Virus record (IMG/VR): IMGVR_UViG_3300020182_001907
Length of the DNA stretch: 64,000 nucleotides
From: a virus
Direction: 5' to 3' (one strand)
The first letter of the stretch is position 1. Every line of letters begins with the position of its first letter. Shown here one piece after another: positions 27,403-36,525 of the stretch. Both the position numbers and the translations under genes were made by a program. The notes below the pieces were generated by a model. That model was not told the DNA's origin, searched no databases, and saw only the letters and a list, made by a program, of their open reading frames with translations.

Positions 27403-29760
27403 ATGCCAGAATATGCTGTTCCAGTAATTGACGACCCTTATGTGGGCAAAGTATTTGGGAACATACTAGATTTCTATGATAACCCGTCGTACAATTTACG
27501 ATTAACAATGGTTAAGCCTGAGTTTGAGGCAAACCCTTCTGGTCCGCTGGTTGCTCCACCTAGTGGCATTGTTATATTAGCACAAACAGGAGTTACTGGT
27601 ACACAGATTGACGATTTAGAAATAGATGCTCTGGTAGATTCCAGTTTGGGCACTGAATTAAAATGCAGATTTACCATTATACAACCTGGTGCTGCTACTT
27701 TTTTAGACGAGATACAATATGCAAAAGCATATCTAGGATACGATAATTCTGCTAGTACAACTATGTTTCTCGAAATTCGCTTCCAAGGATATACTACAGA
27801 CTTTGATGACAACGAAGAAGGCGGAGTACCCCAAGTAATACTGGGACCAATAGTTTACAAAATTGATCTCACTGAATTTAGTTTAAGTTTAGATGCAAGT
27901 GGCAGTGTTTATGATATGCAGGCAATAATTACCGACACTGTTGCTTACAAAGACACTGTTTATCGAACACCTCAAACTATTACGTCTACTGGAGCAACTA
28001 TAACTGAACACGTAGACTCGTTTGTCACAGCCTTAAAAGAGTGGCACGAAAATACAACTTCATACGAAGTTTCAGACAAAATAGAAATTGATTTATCAGA
28101 GTTAATTGGTGCAAGTTCAAACGGATCTGTGGGAACCAGTTTAAGCATCATTTCAGATGATTCTTTGATAACCAGCAAAGACAAAGGGCAAGCTGAATCA
28201 GTAAATCGTATAATGAACGAGACATGGGATATAAGAACAAAACTAGAGCAACAAGCAGCATTAGATGCTGACCCTATTGATAGTGGTACTGCTCCAGAAA
28301 TACAATTTGACGGCGACAATCTAAGCATAAAAGAAGGAACAAGTATAGCAGAGTATATGTATATACTGTTAAGCATGTGTCCAGAGTTTTATACAAAGTG
28401 TTCTAGGAAGGAAAATATAGACGACCCTGATAGTCCTGTAAAAAAAGACCAAGCATTTATTAGCTGGTTTAAAATAGATACCCGAGTAGAACGTTTGGAA
28501 TTTGATCCTAGTAGAAATGATTACGCTCGCAAATACACATTTGTGCCTCTGCTGTTTAAAACAGCAAATCCAAATGTAGCAGTGGATATACAAGAATTAA
28601 ATCCAGAATTATCAGATTTAAAAGAAAGGGTAAAACAGTATAAAGAGAGCGGTAGCTTATTAAAAGCATATGGTTACTTTTTTACAGGCGTAAACGATCA
28701 GATATTAAATCTAGATATAAAATATAATAATGGTACTGGATCAATGCTACCGCCAAAGTATGGTGCAATTGGAGAAGTTAGCCAGACAAGCCAAAATAAG
28801 TTAAGTGATTCTACACCAGCAGGTGAAGATACTAGCTTTGCTGGTAGACTAGACAGTATGTTAGGAAAAGCAAAAGAAAAAGCTGATAAAAACGTGTTCG
28901 GTGATTTTGTGGATGCCGTAACTAGTTTACAGTCAGGCAGTGAAGATATATTGGGCAGTGTGGCAAATCAGTTAGGTAGTGTGTTAGGTCTAACTGATAG
29001 CGAAATATTGACTAGAATGGCTGATCGAACAGGACTAAATGAATTAGTAGAGCAGGTAAATCAAGAACAAAGAAATTTATTTGGGGGATTGTCGATTAAT
29101 TCACCTACACTTAACACAGAACCACCTGAAGTTGCAAGCGCTGGTCCTGGAAGCGGAACATACACTCCTGAACCAAGCGGATATGTGTACAGCACAGACT
29201 TTGTTCCTGCTGCCAGCGATAGTGCAGTAGATGCTAGCACTCTAGCAGAACTAGGGTATATACCCGGAGGCAGTATACCACCGCTACCAAATAAAGCTGA
29301 TGCCAGCAAAGATGTTAAAAGTGTAGCCGAAGCAGGAACAACCCAGATCGGAAGTACACGAAATAAATTGTTTGGCTTTATCACTGAGCAGCAAAATAGT
29401 GTAAACTTTTTACTTGAAATAGATTTAGAATTACGTGGTGACCCTTGGTTTCTAGCTAGCCAAGATCTTAGCAAGCCCACAGAAGCCAAAGCAAATTTTA
29501 AAAGAGATGACAGTTTATTTTTTCTGAGAATAGCAAGCCCACAAAAAGCTGATCCTGACTGGCGAGACGAAGACAACAATACAGGATATTGGAAATTCGA
29601 CGGAACAAGTAGAACTTTTAGCGGAGTGTATAAATTCCAATCTTGCATTAACAAGTTTTCAGGAGGACAATTTTCTGTAACAACAAAAGCAATAAGACTG
29701 CACGGGCTAGACGAGCCTGCAACAGAAATTATAGCAGAAGAGACCGAAACTGATGGCTAA
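27403..29760 (+). CDS. Putative baseplate hub protein (gp27/gpD-like)
   Basis: C-terminal LELRGDPWFL and FSGVYK...NKFSGGQFS; it lies between the gp53-like and gp5-like genes. Confidence 0.6.
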   Translation: MPEYAVPVIDDPYVGKVFGNILDFYDNPSYNLRLTMVKPEFEANPSGPLVAPPSGIVILAQTGVTGTQIDDLEIDALVDSSLGTELKCRFTIIQPGAATFLDEIQYAKAYLGYDNSASTTMFLEIRFQGYTTDFDDNEEGGVPQVILGPIVYKIDLTEFSLSLDASGSVYDMQAIITDTVAYKDTVYRTPQTITSTGATITEHVDSFVTALKEWHENTTSYEVSDKIEIDLSELIGASSNGSVGTSLSIISDDSLITSKDKGQAESVNRIMNETWDIRTKLEQQAALDADPIDSGTAPEIQFDGDNLSIKEGTSIAEYMYILLSMCPEFYTKCSRKENIDDPDSPVKKDQAFISWFKIDTRVERLEFDPSRNDYARKYTFVPLLFKTANPNVAVDIQELNPELSDLKERVKQYKESGSLLKAYGYFFTGVNDQILNLDIKYNNGTGSMLPPKYGAIGEVSQTSQNKLSDSTPAGEDTSFAGRLDSMLGKAKEKADKNVFGDFVDAVTSLQSGSEDILGSVANQLGSVLGLTDSEILTRMADRTGLNELVEQVNQEQRNLFGGLSINSPTLNTEPPEVASAGPGSGTYTPEPSGYVYSTDFVPAASDSAVDASTLAELGYIPGGSIPPLPNKADASKDVKSVAEAGTTQIGSTRNKLFGFITEQQNSVNFLLEIDLELRGDPWFLASQDLSKPTEAKANFKRDDSLFFLRIASPQKADPDWRDEDNNTGYWKFDGTSRTFSGVYKFQSCINKFSGGQFSVTTKAIRLHGLDEPATEIIAEETETDG

Positions 29761-31279
29761 AATGGATACTAACAAACAAAGCAGAAAAAACTCTGCATTT
29801 AGACAAACAATGAGTAACAATCCGTTGTTCGGAATCTATCTTGCGGAAGTTATTAGCACAAAAGATCTAGGTCGAAGTGGCATGATAAAAGTTGAGATAC
29901 CTAGTATTGGTAAGGATGTAGAATTTACCAGTCAGCAATTTGATTGTTTTTGGACCTCGCCGTTTGCAGGCACAACCAATGTGGATAATACTAGTGACAA
30001 GCCAATAGAAGGCTACACCACCACTCAAAAATCATATGGTATGTGGATGGTCCCGCCTGATATCGGTAATTTGCTTTTAGTTGCATTTGCAGATAATAAC
30101 ACAAAGTATCCTTATGTGATTAGTTGTATATATTCAGATAAACGACAGCATATGGTGCCTGGTATGCCAGCAGGAAAAAATTTTAGTGATCCTGGACTTG
30201 CAATGCCAGTTGCAGAGAAAAACAAATATGACGAACGAGCAACACATAACGATGCTATAAGAGCAGTAGCAGTTGATTTAGCAGAAGGTATTGTTAAACA
30301 AGGGTTAATTAACGATCCTGTACGCGGCGCCGGCACATCAGGCGCAAGGAGAGAGTCTCCATCAGAAGTGTTTGGCATACTAACTCCTGGACCAGTTGAT
30401 CCAGATAACAATCGTGATAGATTAGGTGGCCATCAGTTTGTAATGGATGATAGTATAGAAAGCCGCTTGATTCGATTGAGAACAGCTGGCGGCGCCCAAA
30501 TACTTATGGACGACACTACAGGTATAACCTATGTCATAAACAAGCGAGGAACAGCATGGGTAGAGCTTGGTGCAGATGGTGATGTTAATGTCTATTCAGA
30601 TACTGACATTAACATGCGAGCAAAAGGTGATTTTAATATACGTGCAGATCAAAATGTTAATATTGAAGCAGGACAAAACGTAAACATTAAAGCAGCAGGG
30701 GATAACACAGGAACAGAAAACTATACTGGAGATGCTGGAGAATATACCCCTGCTTCAGGAACTGGAGGTCAAGTTTCTATAGAAGCAAAAGCAGATTTTA
30801 ATGTGGCTGCTAGTCTGAATGCCAAAGTAACGGCTGCTATAGGAGAGATACAACTGATTAGCGGACTAGCAACCAAAAGTGTTAGCTCTGCATTTACAGT
30901 ATCAACACAAGGCGATTTTGTTGTTGGAGCAGGCGGCATGGGTTTAATTAGCGCTGGAAGCATAGCTAGTTTATATGGCGGCGGCAGCACATTTGTTACA
31001 GGTTCCACAGTGAATTTAAACAGTTCTTCAGGACCCCAAATTGGCTCACAAGGAACTTCAATAGCAAACGGAGCTGCTAGTACTCCTAGGGCGCCTGTTA
31101 TAACAGTACAGAGCTTTTTAGATGCTGCGTTAGAACCACCTGAGTTTGTTAGAACTAATGCTTTGTCAGGACAGGCGGCAGCAGCTCCTACTAATGGGGA
31201 AAGAACAGGAACACAAAATCAAATAGATACTATAGTATCAACTATGCCTACGGCAGAACCTTGGTCTGGCCATCAATAA
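29753..31279 (+). CDS. gp5: Baseplate central spike (gp5/VgrG-like: OB fold plus beta-helix), no lysozyme domain
   Basis: D-x-x-RSGMIKVEIP, SYGMWMVPPDIG, GHQFVMDD, IRLRTAGGAQILMDD, followed by 8-residue beta-helix repeats. Confidence 0.8.
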   Translation: MAKMDTNKQSRKNSAFRQTMSNNPLFGIYLAEVISTKDLGRSGMIKVEIPSIGKDVEFTSQQFDCFWTSPFAGTTNVDNTSDKPIEGYTTTQKSYGMWMVPPDIGNLLLVAFADNNTKYPYVISCIYSDKRQHMVPGMPAGKNFSDPGLAMPVAEKNKYDERATHNDAIRAVAVDLAEGIVKQGLINDPVRGAGTSGARRESPSEVFGILTPGPVDPDNNRDRLGGHQFVMDDSIESRLIRLRTAGGAQILMDDTTGITYVINKRGTAWVELGADGDVNVYSDTDINMRAKGDFNIRADQNVNIEAGQNVNIKAAGDNTGTENYTGDAGEYTPASGTGGQVSIEAKADFNVAASLNAKVTAAIGEIQLISGLATKSVSSAFTVSTQGDFVVGAGGMGLISAGSIASLYGGGSTFVTGSTVNLNSSSGPQIGSQGTSIANGAASTPRAPVITVQSFLDAALEPPEFVRTNALSGQAAAAPTNGERTGTQNQIDTIVSTMPTAEPWSGHQ

Positions 31280-31463
31280 TCTTATTACTAGTAAGTTCAG
31301 CAATCTTTATATAGGCAGCGTATTTTTGTTTTGTTTCTTCGGCAATTTGAGATCTAAGCAGGTCAATTTCATTGCTCATGCTCACAACTTTTCGTCTGTA
31401 CATTTCTAATTCTGACTTTTCGTGATTAGCCACTACGGGGATCTCCAATTCTAATTGTGTCAT
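31248..31463 (-). CDS. Small coiled-coil hypothetical protein (71 aa)
   Basis: ATG start, plausible helical composition and a GATAAGTA box at 31467-31474; overlaps the 3' end of the gp5-like gene by 32 nt. Confidence 0.55.
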   Translation of the reverse strand: MTQLELEIPVVANHEKSELEMYRRKVVSMSNEIDLLRSQIAEETKQKYAAYIKIAELTSNKIIDGQTKVLP

Positions 31464-31490
31464 ATATACTTATCCTAACCATATAAAAAC

Positions 31491-31520
31491 ATTAAAATAA
31501 GGGGGCAGTAACTGCCCCCT
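31491..31520 (-). terminator. Rho-independent terminator after the 99-aa ORF
   Basis: agggggcag-taa-ctgccccct is a 9-bp stem followed on the minus strand by TATTTT. Confidence 0.8.
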
Positions 31521-31555
31521 AGAGGTACGACTATTTAATATGGCAAATATTAGAT

Positions 31556-31855
31556 TTAGCCGTTAATCAACTTGATCATATCCCGGAACTCTTTTGGTTC
31601 CTGGTTTTTGTTGTAACGATAGTTACCACTCAAGTTTATAGTGTCGAACAAAGAGTATTTTTTCTTTACGCTATCGTAGATACCCATTACAACAAATCTA
31701 TTATTGTTGTCTTTAGATATTGAATTGGTAAAGATTTTATGAAATCGAGGAGATTTATCTACTTCAAATCCATAAACAGCACCCTGTTCTTCATTACGCT
31801 TTTTAGCCAACGCCCAAATATCATCGAACTGTTTGGATAGCTTAATTTTTCGCAT
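31556..31855 (-). CDS. Basic hypothetical protein (99 aa), probably early-expressed
   Basis: Flanked by its own near-consensus sigma70 promoter and terminator. Confidence 0.7.
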   Translation of the reverse strand: MRKIKLSKQFDDIWALAKKRNEEQGAVYGFEVDKSPRFHKIFTNSISKDNNNRFVVMGIYDSVKKKYSLFDTINLSGNYRYNKNQEPKEFRDMIKLING

Positions 31856-31931
31856 AACTATTACCAGATTATCTTAATTAAATGGCACCGCTAAGTACCG
31901 CCTCACGTAAAATCTCTTACGCTTAGTAACC

Positions 31932-31960
31932 ATTATACATGCACTTCTAATCAAAGTCAA
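31932..31960 (-). promoter_or_regulatory. Near-consensus sigma70 promoter
   Basis: TTGACT (31960-31955), a 17-nt spacer, then TATAAT (31937-31932). Confidence 0.8.
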
Positions 31961-31986
31961 GTATTAAAGTACTAGTTAATTTAACC

Positions 31987-31994
31987 GATAAATA
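31987..31994 (+). promoter_or_regulatory. Late promoter box GATAAATA
   Basis: Ends 5 nt before the ATG of the gp25-like gene. Confidence 0.7.
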
Positions 31995-31999
31995 ACAGT

Positions 32000-32374
32000 A
32001 TGGCAAATTTTATTGGAATGAGCACCGTAGATACAATTCGAGCACCTTACACCGTGATCGACGATGTTCTAGTAAAACGTGATCTGCTAAACGAGTTTTA
32101 TACTAAGCGCGGTGAACGAGTAATGAGACCAAATTACGGATGTATTATTTGGGAAGTGTTAATGGATCCTGACACTGTAGAACTGGAAAGTGCTGTAGAT
32201 GAGGATATAAAAAGGATTATTGCTAGAGATCCTCGAGTGAAACTGCTTAGAATTAACACAGTGGTAGCAGAACACACACTGAGAAGCGAAGTCCAATTAG
32301 AGTATGTTTTTTCAGGAAACAGCGATACTCTTTATCTCAGTTATACACGAAGTGCAGAAGAAAGACTCAGCTAA
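32000..32374 (+). CDS. gp25: Baseplate wedge subunit gp25
   Basis: DLLNEFYTKRGERVMRPNYGC and IIARDPRV motifs of the gp25/GPW family. Confidence 0.9.
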   Translation: MANFIGMSTVDTIRAPYTVIDDVLVKRDLLNEFYTKRGERVMRPNYGCIIWEVLMDPDTVELESAVDEDIKRIIARDPRVKLLRINTVVAEHTLRSEVQLEYVFSGNSDTLYLSYTRSAEERLS

Positions 32375-32385
32375 AGGAATTATAA

Positions 32386-35300
32386 ATGACCGTATCTAGA
32401 CAACAAAACTTGTTTGCTGCTGAAGATTGGAAAATAGCATATAAAGTTTTTAACAATGTTAATTTTCAGGCGTATGACTTTGATACCATGCGTCTTGCAA
32501 TGGTAGACTATATTAAAACAAATTTTCCAGAAAACTTTAATGACTACATCGAAAGTAGTGAATTCATTAGTATCATTGAATTATTAGCATACTTAGCGCA
32601 AAGTTTAGCGTTTAGGATGGATTTAAATTCCAGAGAAAACTTTTTAGAAACTGCAGAACGCAGAGATTCGGTGTTCAAACTAGCACGTATGTTAGGATAT
32701 AATCCTAAAAGAAATGTGCCAGCGAGCGGATTGTTAAAAATAGTTAACATTAAAACCACCGAAAACATCACAGATAGTTTAGGTACTACACTGAATAATA
32801 GAAATATATATTGGGACGATGAAAACAATACACAAAGCTACGAACAGTTTATTACTATTTTAAACAGTGCAATGAGTAAGACTAATCGTTTCACTTCACC
32901 AATTAAAAGTGGTGAAGTTGGAAATGTTAAAACTGAACTATATCAGTTAAACACTCCTGCAGGTTCCCCTATTGCGTATAATTTTACACTTAGAATAAAC
33001 GGAACAGAAAGAAACTTTAATGTGTGTAATCCAGATTTTGAGGACGAAGGATACTTTTATGAAAGACATCCTGATCCAACTAATTTATTTAATTTAATAT
33101 ATCGAAATGATAGCAAAGGGTCTAGCAGTGCAGACACTGGATTCTTTTTGTTTTTCCGACAAGGTATATTGAACTTTTTAGATTTTAATTACACTACTCC
33201 AGTGGAAAATCGTACACAAGATCTTGCAGTAGCAAACATTAACGAAAGCGATGTTTACCTGCAAGAAATAGATACTATTGGTGCTGTAGTTAACAAATGG
33301 ACAAAAGTTCCTAACACTGTCGGTCAAACTTTAACATATAACACATTAGCATTAAACAGCAGAAACTTGTACAGCGTGGAAAATTTAGGTACTAGCGGAA
33401 TACGTGTTAGATATTCAGATGGTAACTTTGCTAATGTCCCTCAAGGTGTATATAGATTATGGCACAGAACTAGTGACCCAGAGCGTTATAGCATACAACC
33501 ACAAAATGCACGTAACATAGTATTGAGTGTGCCGTATACAAACAATATTGGCGAAAAGCACACGCTCAGCCTCACCTGTAGCTTGCAATATACTGTTAAT
33601 AACAGTTTACCAGCAGAAAGCATTGCGGCAATCAAAGAACGTGCACCGCAAACATTTTATACGCAAAACAGAATGGTCAATGCACAGGATTATAATGTTT
33701 TCCCGCTGAGTCAAAGTAATAATATATTAAAACTAAAAGCAACTAACAGAACTCATGCTGGACACAGTCGTTATATTGACATTAACGATCCTACAGGTAC
33801 ATTTCAAAACATAGACAGTTTTGCTGACGATGCATATCTATACATTGACGATAGGAATCCTACAGAGACTATTATTGTTAACAGCAATGTAACTCCTCTA
33901 GAACTAGCAACTAGTATTATCCCTAACAGATTAAAAGGACAACCTGTAAATAATTTTGTTTATTACACACTGAGAAACATTTGGATTGATCCTGCTAAGA
34001 ACGGTATTGTAGATGTGTTCGAATTTAGCGAAGCAGACAATGTGTTATGGAATCCATTACCAAGTGCAGAACGCAGCAAGACCGGCTATTTAACTGAAAC
34101 TTTTACCACAGGCACAAGGAACATATTAGTTAACAATGTTGCAGGCAAAACAGAAATTCTAAAACAAAACAACTTTATTAAGTTTGTTAATCCTATAGAT
34201 AGCTCAGAATACAAGTGGTGTAGGATTATTAATGTGGAAAATAGCGGAGCACTTAGCGCAGGTGTAAACACATCAGTTGGTCCTTGGACACTTAGTGAAG
34301 AAATAGAGGCAACTTGGCAGGCTCGTGAAGTAATTGTTAGTTTGAGAAAACTTTTTACTGTTGCTGAAGCAGAGTTAATACAAACTGAAATACGTAACAA
34401 AAGAAGTTTTGGCCTAGGCTATAATTTACAAACAGACACTTTTTACATTATTCCAGACAGTTTACTGACAGCAGATAGCAAGGCAGGAAAGTTTGCATTA
34501 GATAATGGCCAAGCTGGCGCATACAGTTGGTTAGTATTATTAAATTACTCTCCTGTGGATCAATTCAGTTATAGATATGATGTTACCCTAAGAGGAAATG
34601 ATTATGTAGTTCAAAGCAGGGACGATATCCGTTTTTATAATGTGAAAAATTCAGGCACAATAAAAGACAAAATTACTTTTACCACAGTTAATACACGAAG
34701 CGGTGATACCGAAACATTCAGTTGGCAAGGCACTACATTTTTAAACAGTTTTACTGGAACCACATTTGAGCCTATTGGAATTAGTGCTAACCTTCCGCTT
34801 AAAACCAGAGCCACTACTTGGAAAGATTTAGAAGCTCAATGGGTGAGTAATTTTGGTTTGTTGAAACCAATAAACAGCAGCTTGGTTAGTATTACAAACA
34901 ATAATCAATATGTAAGCGAAGCGTCTACCGGATTGAATGTGTATTTTAAAACTGGCGCCCTTGCAAGTGAAAGTAACTTGGTTATCGCAGCTAATACTGG
35001 ACTTATAAGTGTGTTGCCTAGTAAAATCACAGTTCCTTTTAATAATACCACATTTGGTGTTAATGTAGTAGAAAGCACCGGCACGCCATTTATTGCATAC
35101 AGGCAATTACCTAATAATGGCGTCCCTGGCACAGACGAAGTAATATTTAAAGCAGAAGAAGGCGGTGTACCATATAGCTATGGCGAGGGTGGTAACAGTT
35201 TAGACTCTAGCACAGTCGGTCGATTATATTTGTTAGATTATAATCCAGTAACTGAAACAGGAAACATTGAATACAGAAATATTCAAAATCATGATCTACA

Positions 35301-36522
35301 TTCCAGTTCAGATATCACTGGCGCAGTAAGCAGAGACAAGTTAGTTTTAAGATACATTACCAATAAAGAAAAACTGTCAGTTCCAATTGATTGGGAACTA
35401 ATAGACACTTTTAAAGAATCTGATGGGTATGTTGATCCTAGAAAAGTTAAAGTAGCACCTATTGATACCGATAGAGATTTGGTGCCTGATCGTCCTTTAC
35501 AATTCTCAGAGTATGTTAATCCAGAAGACTACGTACTGTTTGAATACTACAAAGATTTTGACGGCACTAGTTATGATATTCCAGTGAGCGGCGTTATTGC
35601 TGATTTTAGACGTGAGGATAATTTATTAATTAATAATACTGCAGGCACTGTTACGCCTTTGCGTTATACAGACATATATAGTTTTAGTGACCTAAAATGG
35701 ATCATTGTCAAGAATGATGCTGTAGCGAATCTGTTTATTAACATTAGTTCAGCAGCAGGCTTAGTTATTTTTAGCGTAGGTTCGGGAAAAGTTTTTCAAG
35801 TAACACGAGTTAGTACAAGCGACACTGAACTCTTAGTGCTAGAAACCTCAGACTACTTTGTGCGTATCGGCAGAGGTAAAAATCAAAACACTGCATCAGA
35901 CAGCACGACAAACGGAATTATTAGATGGCAGCACAATGCTAGCAGCAGTGTACGTGTTGATCCTAGCATTAGTAACATAGTGGAAATGATTTTATTAACG
36001 CAAAGCTATAACGATTTGGTTAACAGATGGAAATCCAATCAATCAGGAGAGTTTCCCATAGAGCCAACCACCGATCAACTAAGCCTGGAATTTTCAGGAC
36101 TAAATACATACAAGACTGCTAGCGATACATTAGTGTTCCGCAGCTCAAAGTTTAAATTGTTGTTTGGGAATCAAGCAGATGAAGAGTTTAAAGCTAAATT
36201 TCGTGTTGTTAAACTCAGCGACCAGATAAGTGATAATGAGTTGAAAAGTGGCATTATATCGACAATTAACGAATATTTTGACGTTAATAATTGGGAGTTT
36301 GGTGAAACATTTTATTTTACAGAATTGAGCACATACATTCATCAGAAATTAGGTAGTAACATAGGCAGTATTGTTATATTGCCCAAGAATATTTCAGGTA
36401 AATTTGGAGAGTTATTCCAAGTTAAAGCAGAGTCAAATGAATTATTCATTAGTACTGCTTCTGTTAATGATATAGAAATTATTAGCAGAATTGATAACCA
36501 AACACTAAGAGCGGATATTTAA
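32386..36522 (+). CDS. gp6: Baseplate wedge subunit gp6-like (expanded, 1378 aa)
   Basis: DFDTMR...FNDYIESSE...ENFLETAERRDSVFKLARMLGYNPKR, ESIAAIKERAP...QNRMVNAQDY, and C-terminal WEFGETFYFTEL. Confidence 0.85.
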   Translation: MTVSRQQNLFAAEDWKIAYKVFNNVNFQAYDFDTMRLAMVDYIKTNFPENFNDYIESSEFISIIELLAYLAQSLAFRMDLNSRENFLETAERRDSVFKLARMLGYNPKRNVPASGLLKIVNIKTTENITDSLGTTLNNRNIYWDDENNTQSYEQFITILNSAMSKTNRFTSPIKSGEVGNVKTELYQLNTPAGSPIAYNFTLRINGTERNFNVCNPDFEDEGYFYERHPDPTNLFNLIYRNDSKGSSSADTGFFLFFRQGILNFLDFNYTTPVENRTQDLAVANINESDVYLQEIDTIGAVVNKWTKVPNTVGQTLTYNTLALNSRNLYSVENLGTSGIRVRYSDGNFANVPQGVYRLWHRTSDPERYSIQPQNARNIVLSVPYTNNIGEKHTLSLTCSLQYTVNNSLPAESIAAIKERAPQTFYTQNRMVNAQDYNVFPLSQSNNILKLKATNRTHAGHSRYIDINDPTGTFQNIDSFADDAYLYIDDRNPTETIIVNSNVTPLELATSIIPNRLKGQPVNNFVYYTLRNIWIDPAKNGIVDVFEFSEADNVLWNPLPSAERSKTGYLTETFTTGTRNILVNNVAGKTEILKQNNFIKFVNPIDSSEYKWCRIINVENSGALSAGVNTSVGPWTLSEEIEATWQAREVIVSLRKLFTVAEAELIQTEIRNKRSFGLGYNLQTDTFYIIPDSLLTADSKAGKFALDNGQAGAYSWLVLLNYSPVDQFSYRYDVTLRGNDYVVQSRDDIRFYNVKNSGTIKDKITFTTVNTRSGDTETFSWQGTTFLNSFTGTTFEPIGISANLPLKTRATTWKDLEAQWVSNFGLLKPINSSLVSITNNNQYVSEASTGLNVYFKTGALASESNLVIAANTGLISVLPSKITVPFNNTTFGVNVVESTGTPFIAYRQLPNNGVPGTDEVIFKAEEGGVPYSYGEGGNSLDSSTVGRLYLLDYNPVTETGNIEYRNIQNHDLHSSSDITGAVSRDKLVLRYITNKEKLSVPIDWELIDTFKESDGYVDPRKVKVAPIDTDRDLVPDRPLQFSEYVNPEDYVLFEYYKDFDGTSYDIPVSGVIADFRREDNLLINNTAGTVTPLRYTDIYSFSDLKWIIVKNDAVANLFINISSAAGLVIFSVGSGKVFQVTRVSTSDTELLVLETSDYFVRIGRGKNQNTASDSTTNGIIRWQHNASSSVRVDPSISNIVEMILLTQSYNDLVNRWKSNQSGEFPIEPTTDQLSLEFSGLNTYKTASDTLVFRSSKFKLLFGNQADEEFKAKFRVVKLSDQISDNELKSGIISTINEYFDVNNWEFGETFYFTELSTYIHQKLGSNIGSIVILPKNISGKFGELFQVKAESNELFISTASVNDIEIISRIDNQTLRADI

Positions 36523-36525
36523 CGT

